Source: Bilabrum cf. latius
Taxonomy: Eukaryota
Reading direction: 5' to 3'
Assembly (NCBI GenBank): GCA_965178125.1
Contig: OZ237774.1
Coordinates: 62,001-126,000, forward strand
DNA length: 64,000 nt
Below are positions 45,365 through 57,911 of the stretch, piece after piece. The notes below the pieces were generated by a model. It searched no databases. It worked only from the letters and a program-made list of their open reading frames with translations, and was not told where the DNA came from. How positions within the stretch are numbered: the stretch's first letter is position 1; each line of letters starts with the position of its first letter. The translations under genes were made by a program, and so were the position numbers.

Positions 45365-48300
45365 ATGCCAAGGCGAAAAGGCAAGTAGGGCTAGCGCCGG
45401 CAATTTGATGCTTCGTGAGGATCTTTCAGCTTCAGGCAACTCGCCCTCGAAGAAATGCAGTGGGTGGAGAATGCGCCTAGTTTACGCGATCCTGGGATGC
45501 TCCCTCGCCATGAATGTGTCAATACCCGATAATATGTACTCAGATCGACGCTACACGATGCAATCGATGATCCAGCACACCTGGAAGACGTTCTTCAAAC
45601 TTTGGGTACCCTTCACTTCCTGAACTCGGCAGATCCCTCGAGTGTGAGAGCAAGTCTGGGTGCTTATCGAACTCACTTCGACTGCCAGCTATGTGCAGCC
45701 TCATAAACAGCTTGCCCACATCCTACTGTCTCTGTGCTATGTATACCAGAGTGGCCGCACACCTCTACATAAGTGCGCTGCCGCGGGAAATGCAGAATCT
45801 AGCATTGTGCTGCTTCGCGCAGGCGCAAATCCGCTGATTCCAGATCACGTAAGGATTTCACGCTTGCTAGATTCAGTTAAACTAGTATATATTGCATATC
45901 TCTCAGCGCCCATCTTTTGCTTCTCCTCGAATTGCTCAGGCTGGACGGACTGCATTTGACCTTGCAGTGCTCAGTGGCCATGCTTCTGTTCTCGAGCAAC
46001 TGCTGCTTCTAGCGCGGTAGCCAGGCGCAAGCCAATACATCGTGAGCGCTCACATGTGCACAGCTGCTCGGCCAGTCACCAGGTCAACCTGTGCTACTTG
46101 GTATTGCCATCATCCGACTGAATCGTTCCCGCAGTCTCTGGTGACCAGTGCCATTCAATCCATGCACCTGCCCACTTTGGCTGTGCTCCTGCATCATGAC
46201 GCCGACCGCTCTGGGGACTCTCTGATATACCCTGACGCGCCCAACCCATCGATTCGTCCCCTATCCGAGTCGGTCGTCGACTCCGCCCCCGAGGGCATGC
46301 GAGCCGCCATCGAGCAGGGCCGCGGCTCATCGGCACTGACTCTGTACCTCCTGGTGCAACGACTCGGAGCCGACGTAGTCCTCGAGGGAACAAGCATCGA
46401 TCCGGATGCTCTCGTGAGGCGAGCGGCCGCAATGGTGTCCCACCCATCAGTTCGACCCAACAGAACCCTGTACCGTGTGGCGTTCGAGGCCGGTATCGAG
46501 GCTGGGGGTCACTTCAAGGAACAAGTCATCGATCTGGCGTTCGAGCAGCAGCAGCAAGCTGCCCGTCGCGGCTCCCAAGCATCCGTGCTAGATGCGGTGC
46601 GTACCACCGAGCTCAGCATCGCTGCCCTCAGGCTGGCCCACGCAGCCAGCGCAGCAAGAGACCCAAAGCACGACCCCGGCCAGCTGATGCAGGCCCACTC
46701 GATGGCGATCGCGACTCGGAATCGACCCACCGTGCCAGTGTCTGGGAATCTCACAGCGCACCACCCGAGGCCGGCGCTTCGGCAGGCGCGACGGCGTGGC
46801 TTGCAGGAAGCAGCCGAAGCAGAGGGAGGACACGCGCGAATGGAAAAGTGGGTCGGGCCTGCTGAGGACCTGGAGCGGCTGGGTGACGAGTGGGGCGGCG
46901 CCAACTGGCTGGTTGTAGTGGAGGGCGGCTGCAGCGAGCGAGCAGGTGGGGATGCAGGCGCGCTGACCTGCTCTCAGCGAGGCAGGAAGAGGCCCTTCCG
47001 GTGGGACGGGAGCACCGAGATGGCGACGGTGGGGGAGAGGGCAGCGGAGGGGCAGGGGGGCAACTCGATCGTGTTCGCGGTGAGATGCAACGCAAGGTCA
47101 AGCGGCGGATCCCACAACCCGTGGCCAAAGTGGTGGCAGGGCGTGCTGAAAGGGGGGCTGCCACTTGGCCCAAACAAGGACTACTACTCTGGCGTAGCCC
47201 AGTAGCAGCAGCATGACTGGCTGCTGCCGAGGGTGCTGGGAGATCGAGTGGACAGCAGGGGGCGAGTGGTGCTGCGGGGGCACCCGAATGTGCTGGCCGT
47301 GCACCACGCCTGGCTGGGCTCCACGCAGCTGATGCTGCCCTGGTTCGAGTGGATCCCCCGCAGGCGCACCACCTGGATGCTGACGGAGCGGTTCCCCACC
47401 ACGCTGCAGGGGGCGGCGAAAGCGGCGCTGCGGGCAGGTGGCATGATCTCGGGGCGGCAGGCGGCTCTGTGGCTGCTTTAGGTGCTGCAGGCGTTGGAGC
47501 ACGCCCGGTCCCGCGGGGTGGTGCACCGGGACGTGAAGGCGGACAACATCTTTCTCTCTGCGGACGGTCGGCCGGTGCTGGGCGACTGGGGGGAGGGCTG
47601 CTTGCTGTTTGAGGGCGGTTTGAGAGTGAAGGTGGATCAGACTCTCGAATCAAGGATTCGGCGTCAGCAGCAAAGCGACTCTGCGGACCTAGACCGACCC
47701 ACACCTACGCCAATGGTCATGCCTGCCAGTGGTGGCTCCAGCAAAAGCGGGAAAGCTGCACAAAGCGTCCAAAGAGCATCGGGATGGCGCAGCGCCGTGG
47801 CAAGGAGGAACGGCAGGCGCGACGAGCAATCAATCGATCCAGCTGCAGCGACTGCGGCAGGATCGGCTTTATCCACTGGACAGAGAGCTCAGGGTGGCCA
47901 GACCCGGGCCGATCAAGCACCGCCAGGAACGGACGGGGACTGGGACCGTGCCTGGACAGACGAACACGCACCCTCAGGCAGCGCAGGGGGTACGGCTGCA
48001 GGGGCGGGCGAAAGCAGTCCAGGATCAGACACGGCAAGCGGCAGCATCGCGCGTGCTGGCAATGTGGACGCAACCGATGGGTTCGGCGCTCTCTCGATCG
48101 CCAGCCTATAGGGTGATTCTAGAGAAGAATCACCAGGCTCATCGCCATCGTCATCGTCATCGCCATCAAGCTCTCCTGCTGAACAAGATGACCCATGGCC
48201 GTTCATCGGTTGCGGCGCCGGAGCAGAGCCAGAGCTCCTGGCGGTGTCGATGCTTAGCATGCGCGGCAGGGCATGCGGCAGGCCCCCGGAGGTGCTACAG

Positions 48301-49815
48301 CGAGCGACGGGAAAGGGAGTAACCGACGCGTGGGACAGACCCATGCGCACGCTGGCGCAGGCATATGCTTCCAGCGACGCCTGGGCGGCCGGTGGGATGG
48401 TCTGGGAGCTCTTTGCGGAGCAGGGGCACGAGCTGGGCGGGGCTCTCGTGAAGCTGCCTGACGCGAGCAGCCGGGAGTACTACAAAGATCAAGACATCCC
48501 CCGGCTGCCTGAGAAAGCGGGCTGCCCCCCTGCGCTTGAGGCCGTGCTGCGGGGTCTGCTTTAGGCCCACCCCCGGTCCCGTGTTCCCCAGGAGGAGGCC
48601 ATCGGGGCGCTGATGGGGATGCTGTACGGGCCAGAGGACCCCACTGCCCTGATCGGCTCTTAGCTGCAGCAGCACCCGGGCGATTCCGCGTCGGGACGTG
48701 CTAGAGGTTCCGGCGCCCGTGCACCATCTCCAACCGTGGATGCTTCAAAGTGCGCCGCATTCGTCACTGGACAGCTCCGCGCGCTGACGATTGCGGAGGG
48801 TCTGCTGGCCCCCTTGCCCTACGCTTCCCTACTGGGAGAAACCGCCGCCAAAGAGAAGTGGTAGCAGGCCGTCGAGAGCGGCAGTGCGATGCACCAACCG
48901 CAATCGGGGCCAGCCAGTGGCGCAGGTGCCAGCGCATCGACCCAGGCTGGAGCATCCCAGCAAGGAGGCAGCCATGATCGAGACGAAGGGCGAGGAGTTG
49001 ACAGGTGTCCGGAAGATCCCAACGCGCCGGCCACTGACCCCGACCGCACGCTGCAGCAGGCCGCCATCGCGGTGGCGGATGTGCTCGCGCCGCCAGGAGG
49101 AATTTGTTCCCCAGGGAACATCGATGCAGCCGATTCGGGCGGTGCCTCAGCCAGTAGAGCCACTAGATCTACCGAGTCGCGGGATGCTCGTGGGTCTGCT
49201 GCTCGGAGCGAGATAGCAAGGCTGCCTGGGGGAGCGGCCAAGCTGAGCATGGGGTGCGTGGGCGAGCACGTGTTTGCCGGGAAATTTGCCGGCGCTGTGG
49301 GGTCGGGCTCTCTGGAGGACAGGGTCAGGGCGGAGGAAGCCGTGCTAGAGGCTGGGCCCATGGCCGTGCTGCGGCCCCCGAGCGCCGGCACGCGAGCCAT
49401 GTATGGCTGGGGCGTGGAGGGCGTGCTGGGCCGGGTGCGTCCTCTGGTGGAGGGGGAGGCTTCGCTGTGCGACAGGCACTTGCGGCGGGGGCTGCTGTCG
49501 GGCGAGGACGCACAGGGTCAAGTGGCGCAGCACTGCGCCTCACTAGCTCGCGTGCTTGCGTGCTACGGTACCGGGGAAGCGTGTGACGGCACGTGGAACG
49601 GACCGAGGAGCAGGAAGTGGGTCCCAGCCCAGAGACGGGACAGCCCCACTGGCAGTGCTACCCTCGCCGGTGTGACGAGGGCACACGGATCCGATGGCAG
49701 CGGGGAGCAGGCTGCCTTGCCACCCAACTGGGTGGCGCTTCCGGCGCAGAATGGAAGTGTGTCCTATTGGAACCAAGTGACGGGCGCCATCTTGAGCGAG
49801 AGACCAAGTGAGTGA
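45365..49815 (+). CDS. Ankyrin-repeat + PINK1-like Ser/Thr kinase + C-terminal WW-like domain protein; 9 in-frame TAGs
   Basis: Exons are approximately 45365-45414, 45544-45643, 45750-45848, 45940-46041 and 46135-49815. ANK motifs are SGRTPLHKCAAAG and GRTAFDLAV. Kinase motifs are HPNVL, ERFPTTL, LWLL[TAG]VLQALEH, HRDVKADN, DWG, PPEV, SDAWAAG and LRGLL[TAG]AHPRSR. The WW-like segment is LPPNWVALPAQNGSVSYWNQVTG...ERP. TAGs are at 45386, 45392, 46018, 47203, 47479, 48109, 48562, 48661 and 48862. Confidence 0.8.
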
Positions 49816-50093
49816 CTGCACCGGGTGGTTTGGTTAACGTTACCTATTAGGTTAAGCCATCGTGGGGACGTGTCGCGTACCCGTACGGGTACCCGTACAC
49901 TGGAACCGGGGGGTTGGAGGCTGGGATTTATAACTTCTCCGGATCCATCGAATAGACAAAGTTAGGTTTTGTACAAGGGATCTGGCGAAATGATTTAAGG
50001 TTAACCTAACCAACTGACGGATCCTACGTAGCCACAATAAATATTCATCCTGGAAGTCAACATTGGTATCAATCCGTTATATATTGATGTGGG

Positions 50094-52301
50094 TCAAATG
50101 CAAACCATCGGACCCGCCCCGTCACCACCAGAGGGCAGCACCGCCACATTGAACAGCGCCAGACCCAGCGCAAGGTTCACAAAGAAACAGCTCATGGCAG
50201 CCCCCACAATCAGGCCCGGCGACACCTCCCAGCCGATGCGCGGCCTCAGCAGCAGCAGCGAGGGAAACCCGAACAGCAGGGTCTGCAGGCCCCACCCGAG
50301 TGCGAACTGCTTGCCCCCAAACGCGCCCAGAAACCCCACGGCTCCCTCCACCACGTGCGTCGCGACCAGCCCGAACACGATCGAGTCTAGGAGCCCCTGG
50401 GTGGTCAAGCGCACCCCAAAACAGGCCCCACCTTCATCTCCTCCTAGTTCTCCTCCTTCACCCAACCCGACTACCCCAGCCATCCCAGCGAACAGCTCCA
50501 GCCCACTGGCCCAGCCTCCCCACTCCGAGGCAGACGCAAGCCCCTGCACTATGGCCCGCCCCGCCCCAGTATCGGTCTCTATCCAGGTCCGCAGACCCCT
50601 CCAGTCCAGCCACAGGAGCAGCAGGACCGCGGCCGCGACACCGAGCCCCTTGGCGCTTCCTTGTGCCCCCGCCCACTCGACTTCTCCCGACCATCCTTCC
50701 TCACTCAGTGCATCTGCCAGGAGCACAGGCTGCTGCACTGGGGGCACCAGCGGAACATATCCGAGCCGGCGCCGCGCCTCCCCGCACAGGTAGAAGTTGT
50801 GCCGGTGGATCTTGCGGCAGTCGGCCCGCGTCAGAAACGGCTCCGGGCGGAATGCCCCCAGGGTGACGGTTGCAACCGCCCAGGCCAGGAGCTCTAGAAA
50901 GCAGGCCCCCAGCCAGACGAGCCACTCCGGGGCGTAGAACAGCGGAGGCACCTGCTCCAGCGAAACCGCCTCCCTCGTCAGCTCACCCGCCTCTGCATCG
51001 ATGCCCTTGCCATCAGCTGCAACACGGCCATCACCCCCGGTTGCAACCACCGCGCGGGTCCCGTAGGCCGCCGGGAAGCCCAGCCTGCGGCCCACCTCGG
51101 AGAACAGCCCGAGGGTTGCAACCGGCCACTCGTCAGTGACGAAGAGGGCACGTCCCGCTGCCCTCCTGCGGGCCTCCTCGCCCTCCAGCTCCAGGGAACA
51201 AATACCCCTCACAAAAGCGCGAGCCAAATTCTCGCAGTAGGTGTAGTCCATCAATCCGGAGCCAAATGCCATGGCAAGGGGCGCACCCAGCTGGGAGGCC
51301 AGCATGAACTTGGGCAGGTGGTGCGCTTCGCCCGGGCCCAGGATGCCGTTGGGACGGAGTGCCAGACAGGCCATCTGCGGGGTGCTGGTGGTGCTGCTGC
51401 TGCTGCTGCTGGTGCTGGTGCTGGTGCTGGTGCTGGTGATAGCAGATCGCACCTTTTGCTTCTTTTGACCATTGGCGCCCCCGCTTCCATTCCTGTCGCT
51501 CCCTCGCTTTCCATCCCTTGGACCGTCATGGGCAGTAGATGCCGATCCAGCTGCGGCCGGCTACACGGCACCCTCCCCCTCCCCCTGCCCCTCCCTGGTG
51601 TCAGGGAATGGCCCGATGGACGCCCTCATCGCCAGCCTCTCCGCTGCCCATTTGGACCAGGAATACGAGTCGTTGAGGATACCAGCATCGGGGCCCACTT
51701 CAAGGGCAAGGGGATCGGCGGCTGCACGACTATCCCTCGCGAGCCCGCTGTCAACAGGATCGGAGCCTGGCGGTTGGCTAGAGGCAGCATGAGTATCGCC
51801 ATTGCTGGAAAGCAGGAATAAGAACTCGTCGGGGGGCGGCGGGCACGTGTGCTCGGTTCCGTTCGCGACGTCCGAGTGTCCCCGAAACACCACGCCGGTG
51901 GAAGATGCCAGTAGGAAGCTGGTCGCCCCTCCATCTCTGGCATGCCGCAGAAGCTTGCGTGTGCCCTCTATGTTAACGCGGCGAAGCATCGTTTCTGTGG
52001 CCGCGGCCGGCAGGTTGAATGGGACGAGTGCCCCGAGGTGCACGACAGACCGGAAGGGACCGTGCTCCTCGAACAGAGCGGCGATGCTCGACCCGTCCGA
52101 AAGATCACTGGCAATAAATTGTACTAGTTTGAACTGGTCATCGCTCATTCGCATGCTAGATGCTGAGCATGATTCAATGGCGCGAGGCAAGTCAGTGGCA
52201 GTGACGTCGAACCGCCCGTCCTCCAACAGCTACCGAATCACGGTCCGGCCGGTTAGGCCAGTCGCACCAGTCACAAGAACTCTCAATTGGGTCATACTCA
52301 T
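50094..52301 (-). CDS. 3-beta-hydroxysteroid dehydrogenase/NSDHL-like extended SDR with a hydrophobic C-terminus; 2 in-frame TAGs
   Basis: It starts MSMTQLRVLVTGATGLTGRTVIR[TAG 52230]LLEDG (Rossmann). Further motifs are VVHLGA, VNIEGT, ASSTGVVF, YSWSKWAAE (YxxxK), then after TAG 51561 LRPNGILGPG and DYTYCENLA. It ends at TGA 50094-50096. Confidence 0.88.
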
Positions 52302-52678
52302 CAAGTCTGCGCGAGCAATATTCAATTAGATCTAGGACCCGCAGGATTGCTGAACGCGACTTCCGGGTTTAGGCTACATGTGGTTCCGCCGCCGGCGTGC
52401 GCGGTGCCCGCCGGCGTGCTCAAGTGGCCAAGCCACCGGCGTCAGCCGGTGTATGCATCACTGCCAGCACAATGCACAACCACCGCCGCCATCTTTTCAG
52501 TGCGAACCGCATTGTCTTAAATCACTGTAAGGCTCGATTGGTTGGCGTGGCATACATACGAGCACTCCCTCATCTTTGCTTTGAATACCCGGGACCTATA
52601 ACCGCATATATACTTGACAGACGAAATTGACAAGGCGGGAAAACCGCCTTTTTTTTTGACTCGAAGCATGGATCCAAC

Positions 52679-54091
52679 TCACGAAACGCTGCAGCCACAA
52701 CCCCGTCCGGCACATATACCCGCCTCGACTTCCCAGCCCAGTGTAGCTCCTGAATGAATCGCACGCCTGTTTCTCTCTCTCGCCAGTGACCTCCGAAGTA
52801 GCTTGGCGCACTCATCATGCCCATTCCTTGCTGCAGCCTGCATCGCGTCAATCTTCACACCGCCGACAGCCACCTTCTATTCCGCACCACCTGCCATCAC
52901 TCCCAGCCTCAGCCTCCTTGCAAGCTCCAGTGGCCTGCCCTCAGCTGCTGCCCGCCACACCAGTCCGGCATCTCTCTTCGCATCACTTGCTGCTCGGTGC
53001 CGCACGATTGTCCTTATCTTGGACATCCTGGACCGGTGTTCTTCGAGTTTGGGTAGGAATTTGCGGCGAGCCATAGCGGTGAAATGTCTCATCTCAAAGT
53101 TCCTCCAATCAAAAAACACCATTCGTGGGTTATCAGCAACAGCATCTATTGTATTTGTGTACTCAACAAACGCTTTCTCTTGGTTGCGACTACCATCATA
53201 CGAGTAGCCAATTGCCAGCGACTGCAAAGCTACATTCCGTCGTATTGCCTGTCTCACCAAATCCATCGTGGTTTGACCTGGCGGCCTTATATTGCGCGGA
53301 TCTTCGCGCATATTGAACCTAATCCACAAGTCATGAATGCCCTTGTTGAGCTGAATGAAGCGAGGCACGGTGCTTGCGATCAGTTGGAAAGCCTGCCTGT
53401 TGCCTGCTCGTATGGATATGGATAGCCACCTGATAGTCCTGTTTGCAACCAGTGCATTCGACCACGCCTAGAGTTCGTCACACAACACAATACACGTCCC
53501 AAGACCACAGTGGGTCACGCTCTTGTTCCGTTCGATCGCATCTGCCGTAATTCGATTGTGCAGGCAGTACCTCGTCATTGTGTCCGCAGTCAAGGGCGGA
53601 CCACCGATATGCAAACCAAGCGTCCCTCCCATGCACAGTGAGGTAATACTGCAATTCGAGTCGACCAACACATCGCGAAGACACTCCATGCATTCTGTGG
53701 GTATCGTCAATGCATGGTGGAGGTGCAGAGAGGCGAGTCTGGGTGCCCCGCCCTTTCTGAGCATCGCAGGAGCCAGTGCAGCCATGGCATCGTTCGTCCA
53801 CTTGCACTATTCGAAGCAAAGGCATTGCAAATGCTACTCATCAGAACCGTCGCATGCCATTCGGTACAAAATGGAAGCGAGATCTGCATGAATCGTATCA
53901 CGATTCAGTTGCAAGGTTCGGAGACGAACGCCTTCTTCTCCAATCACTTTCTCTAGTTGCGCAGCACATGCATTTCCTGCCGAATTCGGGAGGCTCAAAG
54001 TAGAAAAGCCAAACAGAGCTGCTTGCACGGCCGCACGAACTCCCTTTGACTTACCGGTATATTCAAAGCCGTGAGTCTAGATACCTGGCAT
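52679..54091 (-). CDS. RNI/LRR-like protein fused to the shared C-terminal module (module copy 5); at least 5 in-frame TAGs
   Basis: One frame spans ORFs 53834-54028, 53468-53785, 52877-53368 and 52679-52873 via TAG at 54077, 53834, 53807, 53468 and 52877. LxxLxL-type segments are LRTLQL, LASLHL and ITSLCM. The module reads RDAGLVWRAAAEGRPLELARRLRLG...AARNGHDECAKLL. It ends at TGA; the 5' end is uncertain. Confidence 0.7.
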
Positions 54092-54413
54092 AAATCCACA
54101 AGCTGGCTGCATGTAAATCAGTGATAGCACACAATAAGGGGGCCACAAGTGGGCAGTATGAGGCAGATGGAAACACTTCAAACCGCTCTACCAATCGCTC
54201 ACCAGTGGTTGTTCACATGGGAATTCCCACGAAAACTACCTACATCCTATCATCACTAGCAATAACTTTACTTTCTATACACAATATAATACTGGTGGCA
54301 ATCACCGGGCTTCCATTTTAGCAGTTCATGTCGAAGGTTCCATTTGGTTCCGCCGCATGATTTCGCGCGGTGCCTCCAGCTCTGCCTCGGCCTCGCGCCG
54401 GCCTACAGTTGGA

Positions 54414-55763
54414 TCACCGTCGCCGCTGCGCCTCGGCCTCGTGCTGGTTGCAGTCCACGCGTGCCACGCCTTGCGACCACCTCCGCTCCCATACCCCGGG
54501 AGCCACGAGCCGCCCCCCCGCCGGCTCCAGCGGAACCCCCCAGTCCTCGTCCAGCTGGCTCGGCCACGTGTACCCGCTGCTCTGGCCCGTCCCACACGGC
54601 CCGCTCGCGCACTCATAGGCGCCTTCCACCTGGAACATGAGCAGCGCACTCGCGGGCCGCAGCACCTGGAAGGCCTGCAGGGTCAGGTTGAAGGTCGCGG
54701 GGTTGAGGTCCCACCTCAGCTGCAAGGTGGTGTCGTTGTAGAGGGGCGACAAGGGGCCATATGCCTCCCTGAGTCGCTGCATGTCCTGGGAGCAGGTCTT
54801 GGCGGAGATGCTCTCCCCCGCCCAGGCGATGGTGGCCTTGCCCAGCGCGCGCACCACGGGGAGGTGGGAGTCGAAGCCGGCCTGCGCCGCGCCCATGAAG
54901 GCCGGCATGTCGCCCGAGGGCACGCCAACTGTCCCGCAGCTGCAGTCCCAGTAGACCCCGTCGATGCAGGGGACGGAGGACTTCCCGTCCCGGCCCACCA
55001 CCTCAACTTTGCATGCATCCACGATCGGGGTGAGTGCATGCCGGTTGAGCCATATGTCAGGCATGTCTGGGTCGGTCCAGTTCCAGTACACCTTGCCATA
55101 GGGTACCTCGGTGGTGGCGGGGGGGCGGCCGCAGTGGTCGCAGGACCATGAGCCGTTGCACAGCATGCGGGACTAATTGCCGAGGGGTGGCGCAAGCATT
55201 GGTATGCTCGTCTCACCGGGCCGCATTGATGCCTCCAGGCTGACGGGATCTTGCGCGTCCTCGCTCGCGAGCGGTCGCTCGCACGAGGTTGCTCCCTCGG
55301 GCGCACGAATGAACAGATTCGGGTTCTCCTCCGGGCCGGGGGACAGCATGAGCGAACGCGTTGCGTCCCAGACGCTGGTCAAAACCTCAGTATTACGGCT
55401 TGCCAACACTTTGACGCTGGGATTCGCTTTCTTGAGAGCGATCGCAGTTTCCCGTTCGAGGGATTCAAGGTGCTGCCAGTTTTTCTCGTGCATTGCGATC
55501 TGCCACCCCATCCCCACGACACCAAACTTCGCCTCAGATATAATTTCTAGAATAGAGTTCATTCCAGTGTCGTTGCCAACGAAATATAGCGACGTTGAAG
55601 CAGCAAGATTCCAGGTCTGCCAAGGTAGTGACGGGTAGCCGAGTCCAGATCCATTAGCGCGCTCCAAAAATCCCCAACCAGGGCGAAAGTCTGCAGGAGT
55701 CGCTAAGGCTGAAATCGACATTACCGCCACAAGCCGTAAACTGGCACAAAACATAGACTTCAT
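54414..55763 (-). CDS. Secreted putative glycoside hydrolase (GHL15-like, tentative); 1 in-frame TAG
   Basis: It has a signal-peptide-like start (MKSMFCASLRLVAVMSISALA). ORFs 55173-55763 and 54414-55166 are in frame across TAG 55173-55175. Motifs are YWNWTDP, IDGVYWD and GVWERRWSQGVARVDCN. The family call is from motif impression only. Confidence 0.6.
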
Positions 55764-56507
55764 GGGTTGAGGAGCGTTAAAAGTTGACGATTTGCACTTG
55801 CGTTCCGCCGCACTATTTCGCGCGGCGCCTCCAGTCCGGGGTGCGTGACTTCACCTGAGGGTCTTGCACCTCGAAGGCTGAGGTCGCGCGATGGGCGTGG
55901 CGCTTGGCCGAGTCGACAGGTCGTGTGGCGTGATTGTTGGTGAGGCCAGCAAGGTCTCTGAGATTGAGGTCGCTCGGTGGGCGCAGGACCCGCTCGAGGA
56001 GCAGGCTCAGATGCGACGGAGCGATGCGGAGGAGTGCGAGAGAGAGAGAGAGAGAGAGAGGGCAGCTAGGGGGGGGAGGGTAGAGCAAAGGGAGGGGGGG
56101 ACGACGGTTCACCGGAACGGGGGAGGAAATGGTGGAAGAGAAGATGATCGGTGGGGTCATTGGGTTGATGAGGCGGATAGGAAGGGGGAGGCACAGGCCG
56201 GGCAGGTGTGGGTTGGGCATGTGTGACGAGTGACTCGGATCAGGGGGATCGGATCACCGACCACATGCGGATGTGGAAGTTGAGAGGTCACAATTAGACT
56301 CGAGCGGCAATCAAGCCGCGTGCTATTCGGGCGCTGAGGGGCAGCGTTCGCCAGTTTTCTTTTTTTGGTAACTTTGAGGATGGGCTCTCGGAGGAAACCA
56401 ACTGCAACCATGTGTGACTGTCTGCGAGATTAGGGTGCTGTGTACAACGTGTGATCTCAATGTCCAAGTAATATAGCAGGATGTGTGGCAACTTGCAAGT
56501 TGGCAAC

Positions 56508-57911
56508 TCAAGAAAGGATGCAAGGACATACGGCACTAATGCAATCATCATCTTTCCAACCCCTCCTCTTGCCTGAGTATATGACACGCCTGTTTCTCTC
56601 TCTCGCAAGAGATCTCCGTACTAGCTGAGCACATTCATCGTGCCCATTCCTTGCTGCAGCCTGCATCGCGTCAATCTTCACACCGCCGACAGCCACCTTC
56701 TACTCCGCACCACCTGCCATCACACCCAGTCTCAGCCTCCTTGCAAGCTCCAGTGGCCTGCCCTCGGCTGCGGCCCGCCACACCAGTCCGGCGTCTCTCT
56801 TTGCATCACTTGCTGCTCGATGCCGCACGATTGTCCTTATCTTGGACATCCTGGACCGGTGTTCTTCGAGTTTGGGCAGGAAGGTCCGCTTGACTCTGAC
56901 GACGCTTGCTCTCATACACGAGCTCCACCAGTTGAAAAACACCATTCGCGGGTTGTCTGCCACGGCCTGAAGCGTTTTGGAGTACTCGTCGTGCGCCTTC
57001 CGACGGTCCTAGAACTCGTCTCCAAGCCCAATGGACAACGCTCGCATTCCCTAGTTTTGCCGTATTGCCTGTCTCAGCAAATCCATCGTGGTTTGACCTG
57101 TTTTTTTTTTATACCAGGGATCTTCGCACATATTGAACCTCATCCACAAGTCACGAATGCCCTTGTTGAGCTGAACGAAGCGAGGCACAGTGCTTGCGAT
57201 CAGTTGGAAAGCCTGCAGGTTGCCAGCTAGTATGGATATGGATAGCCACCTGATAGTTCTGTTTGCAACCAGTGCATTCGACCACGCCTAGAGCTCGTCT
57301 TGGAACACTATACACGTCCCTAGGCCGCAGTGGGTTACGCTCTTGTTCCGTTCGATCGCATCTGCCATCACTCGATTTCGGTTGCAGTTCAACTGTATCG
57401 CGGGCTAAGCCAGCGATATAGAGTCCTCAAGCCAGCCAAGCGTCCCTCCCATACATAGTGAATCAATGCTGCAATTCGAGTCGACCAAGACATCCCGAAG
57501 CAGCTCGATGCATTCGATAGGTATAGTACGTGCGTGGTGGAGGTGCAGAGATGTGAGCCTGGGAGCCCCGCCCTTTGCAAGCATTGCTGGTGCTAGTGCA
57601 GCCATGGCATCTCGCTTCCATTCGCACTATTGGAAGCATAAGCATTGCAAGTGCAGCTCATCAATTGCAACGGAAGCCAGTTGGCTCAAGTTTGCGGCAA
57701 GTTCTGCATCTACTACATCCTGATGCAGTTGCAAGCACCGAAGTCGAGCACCATCTAAATTATGCATGCTACATAACTCTGAGACGCTTGCGCTCCCTGT
57801 TGAATCAGGAAGGTAAATGGTTGAGAAGCCTGCCTTCACAGCTCTACGTACTTCGCCAGTCGAGCTGGTATTACCGGAGCAATCGCACTTTTTGAAATCA
57901 ATGCCAGGCAT
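56508..57911 (-). CDS. Paralog of 52679-54091: RNI/LRR-like protein + shared C-terminal module (module copy 6); at least 6 in-frame TAGs
   Basis: It aligns with the other paralog from MPGI onward (HLQCLCF, AMAALAPAML.KGGAPRL, ADAIERNKSVTHCGLGTCIV, ADNPRMVFF). TAGs are at 57627, 57405, 57288, 57051, 57009 and 56700, with TGA at 56508-56510. The 5' end may extend toward about 58300. Confidence 0.7.

Noticed and set aside
55891-56226. 111-aa plus-strand ORF between the hydrolase-like gene and the second LRR paralog
   Set aside because: It contains a (GA)n microsatellite and no recognisable domain. It could be a small gene, but I cannot support it from sequence alone.
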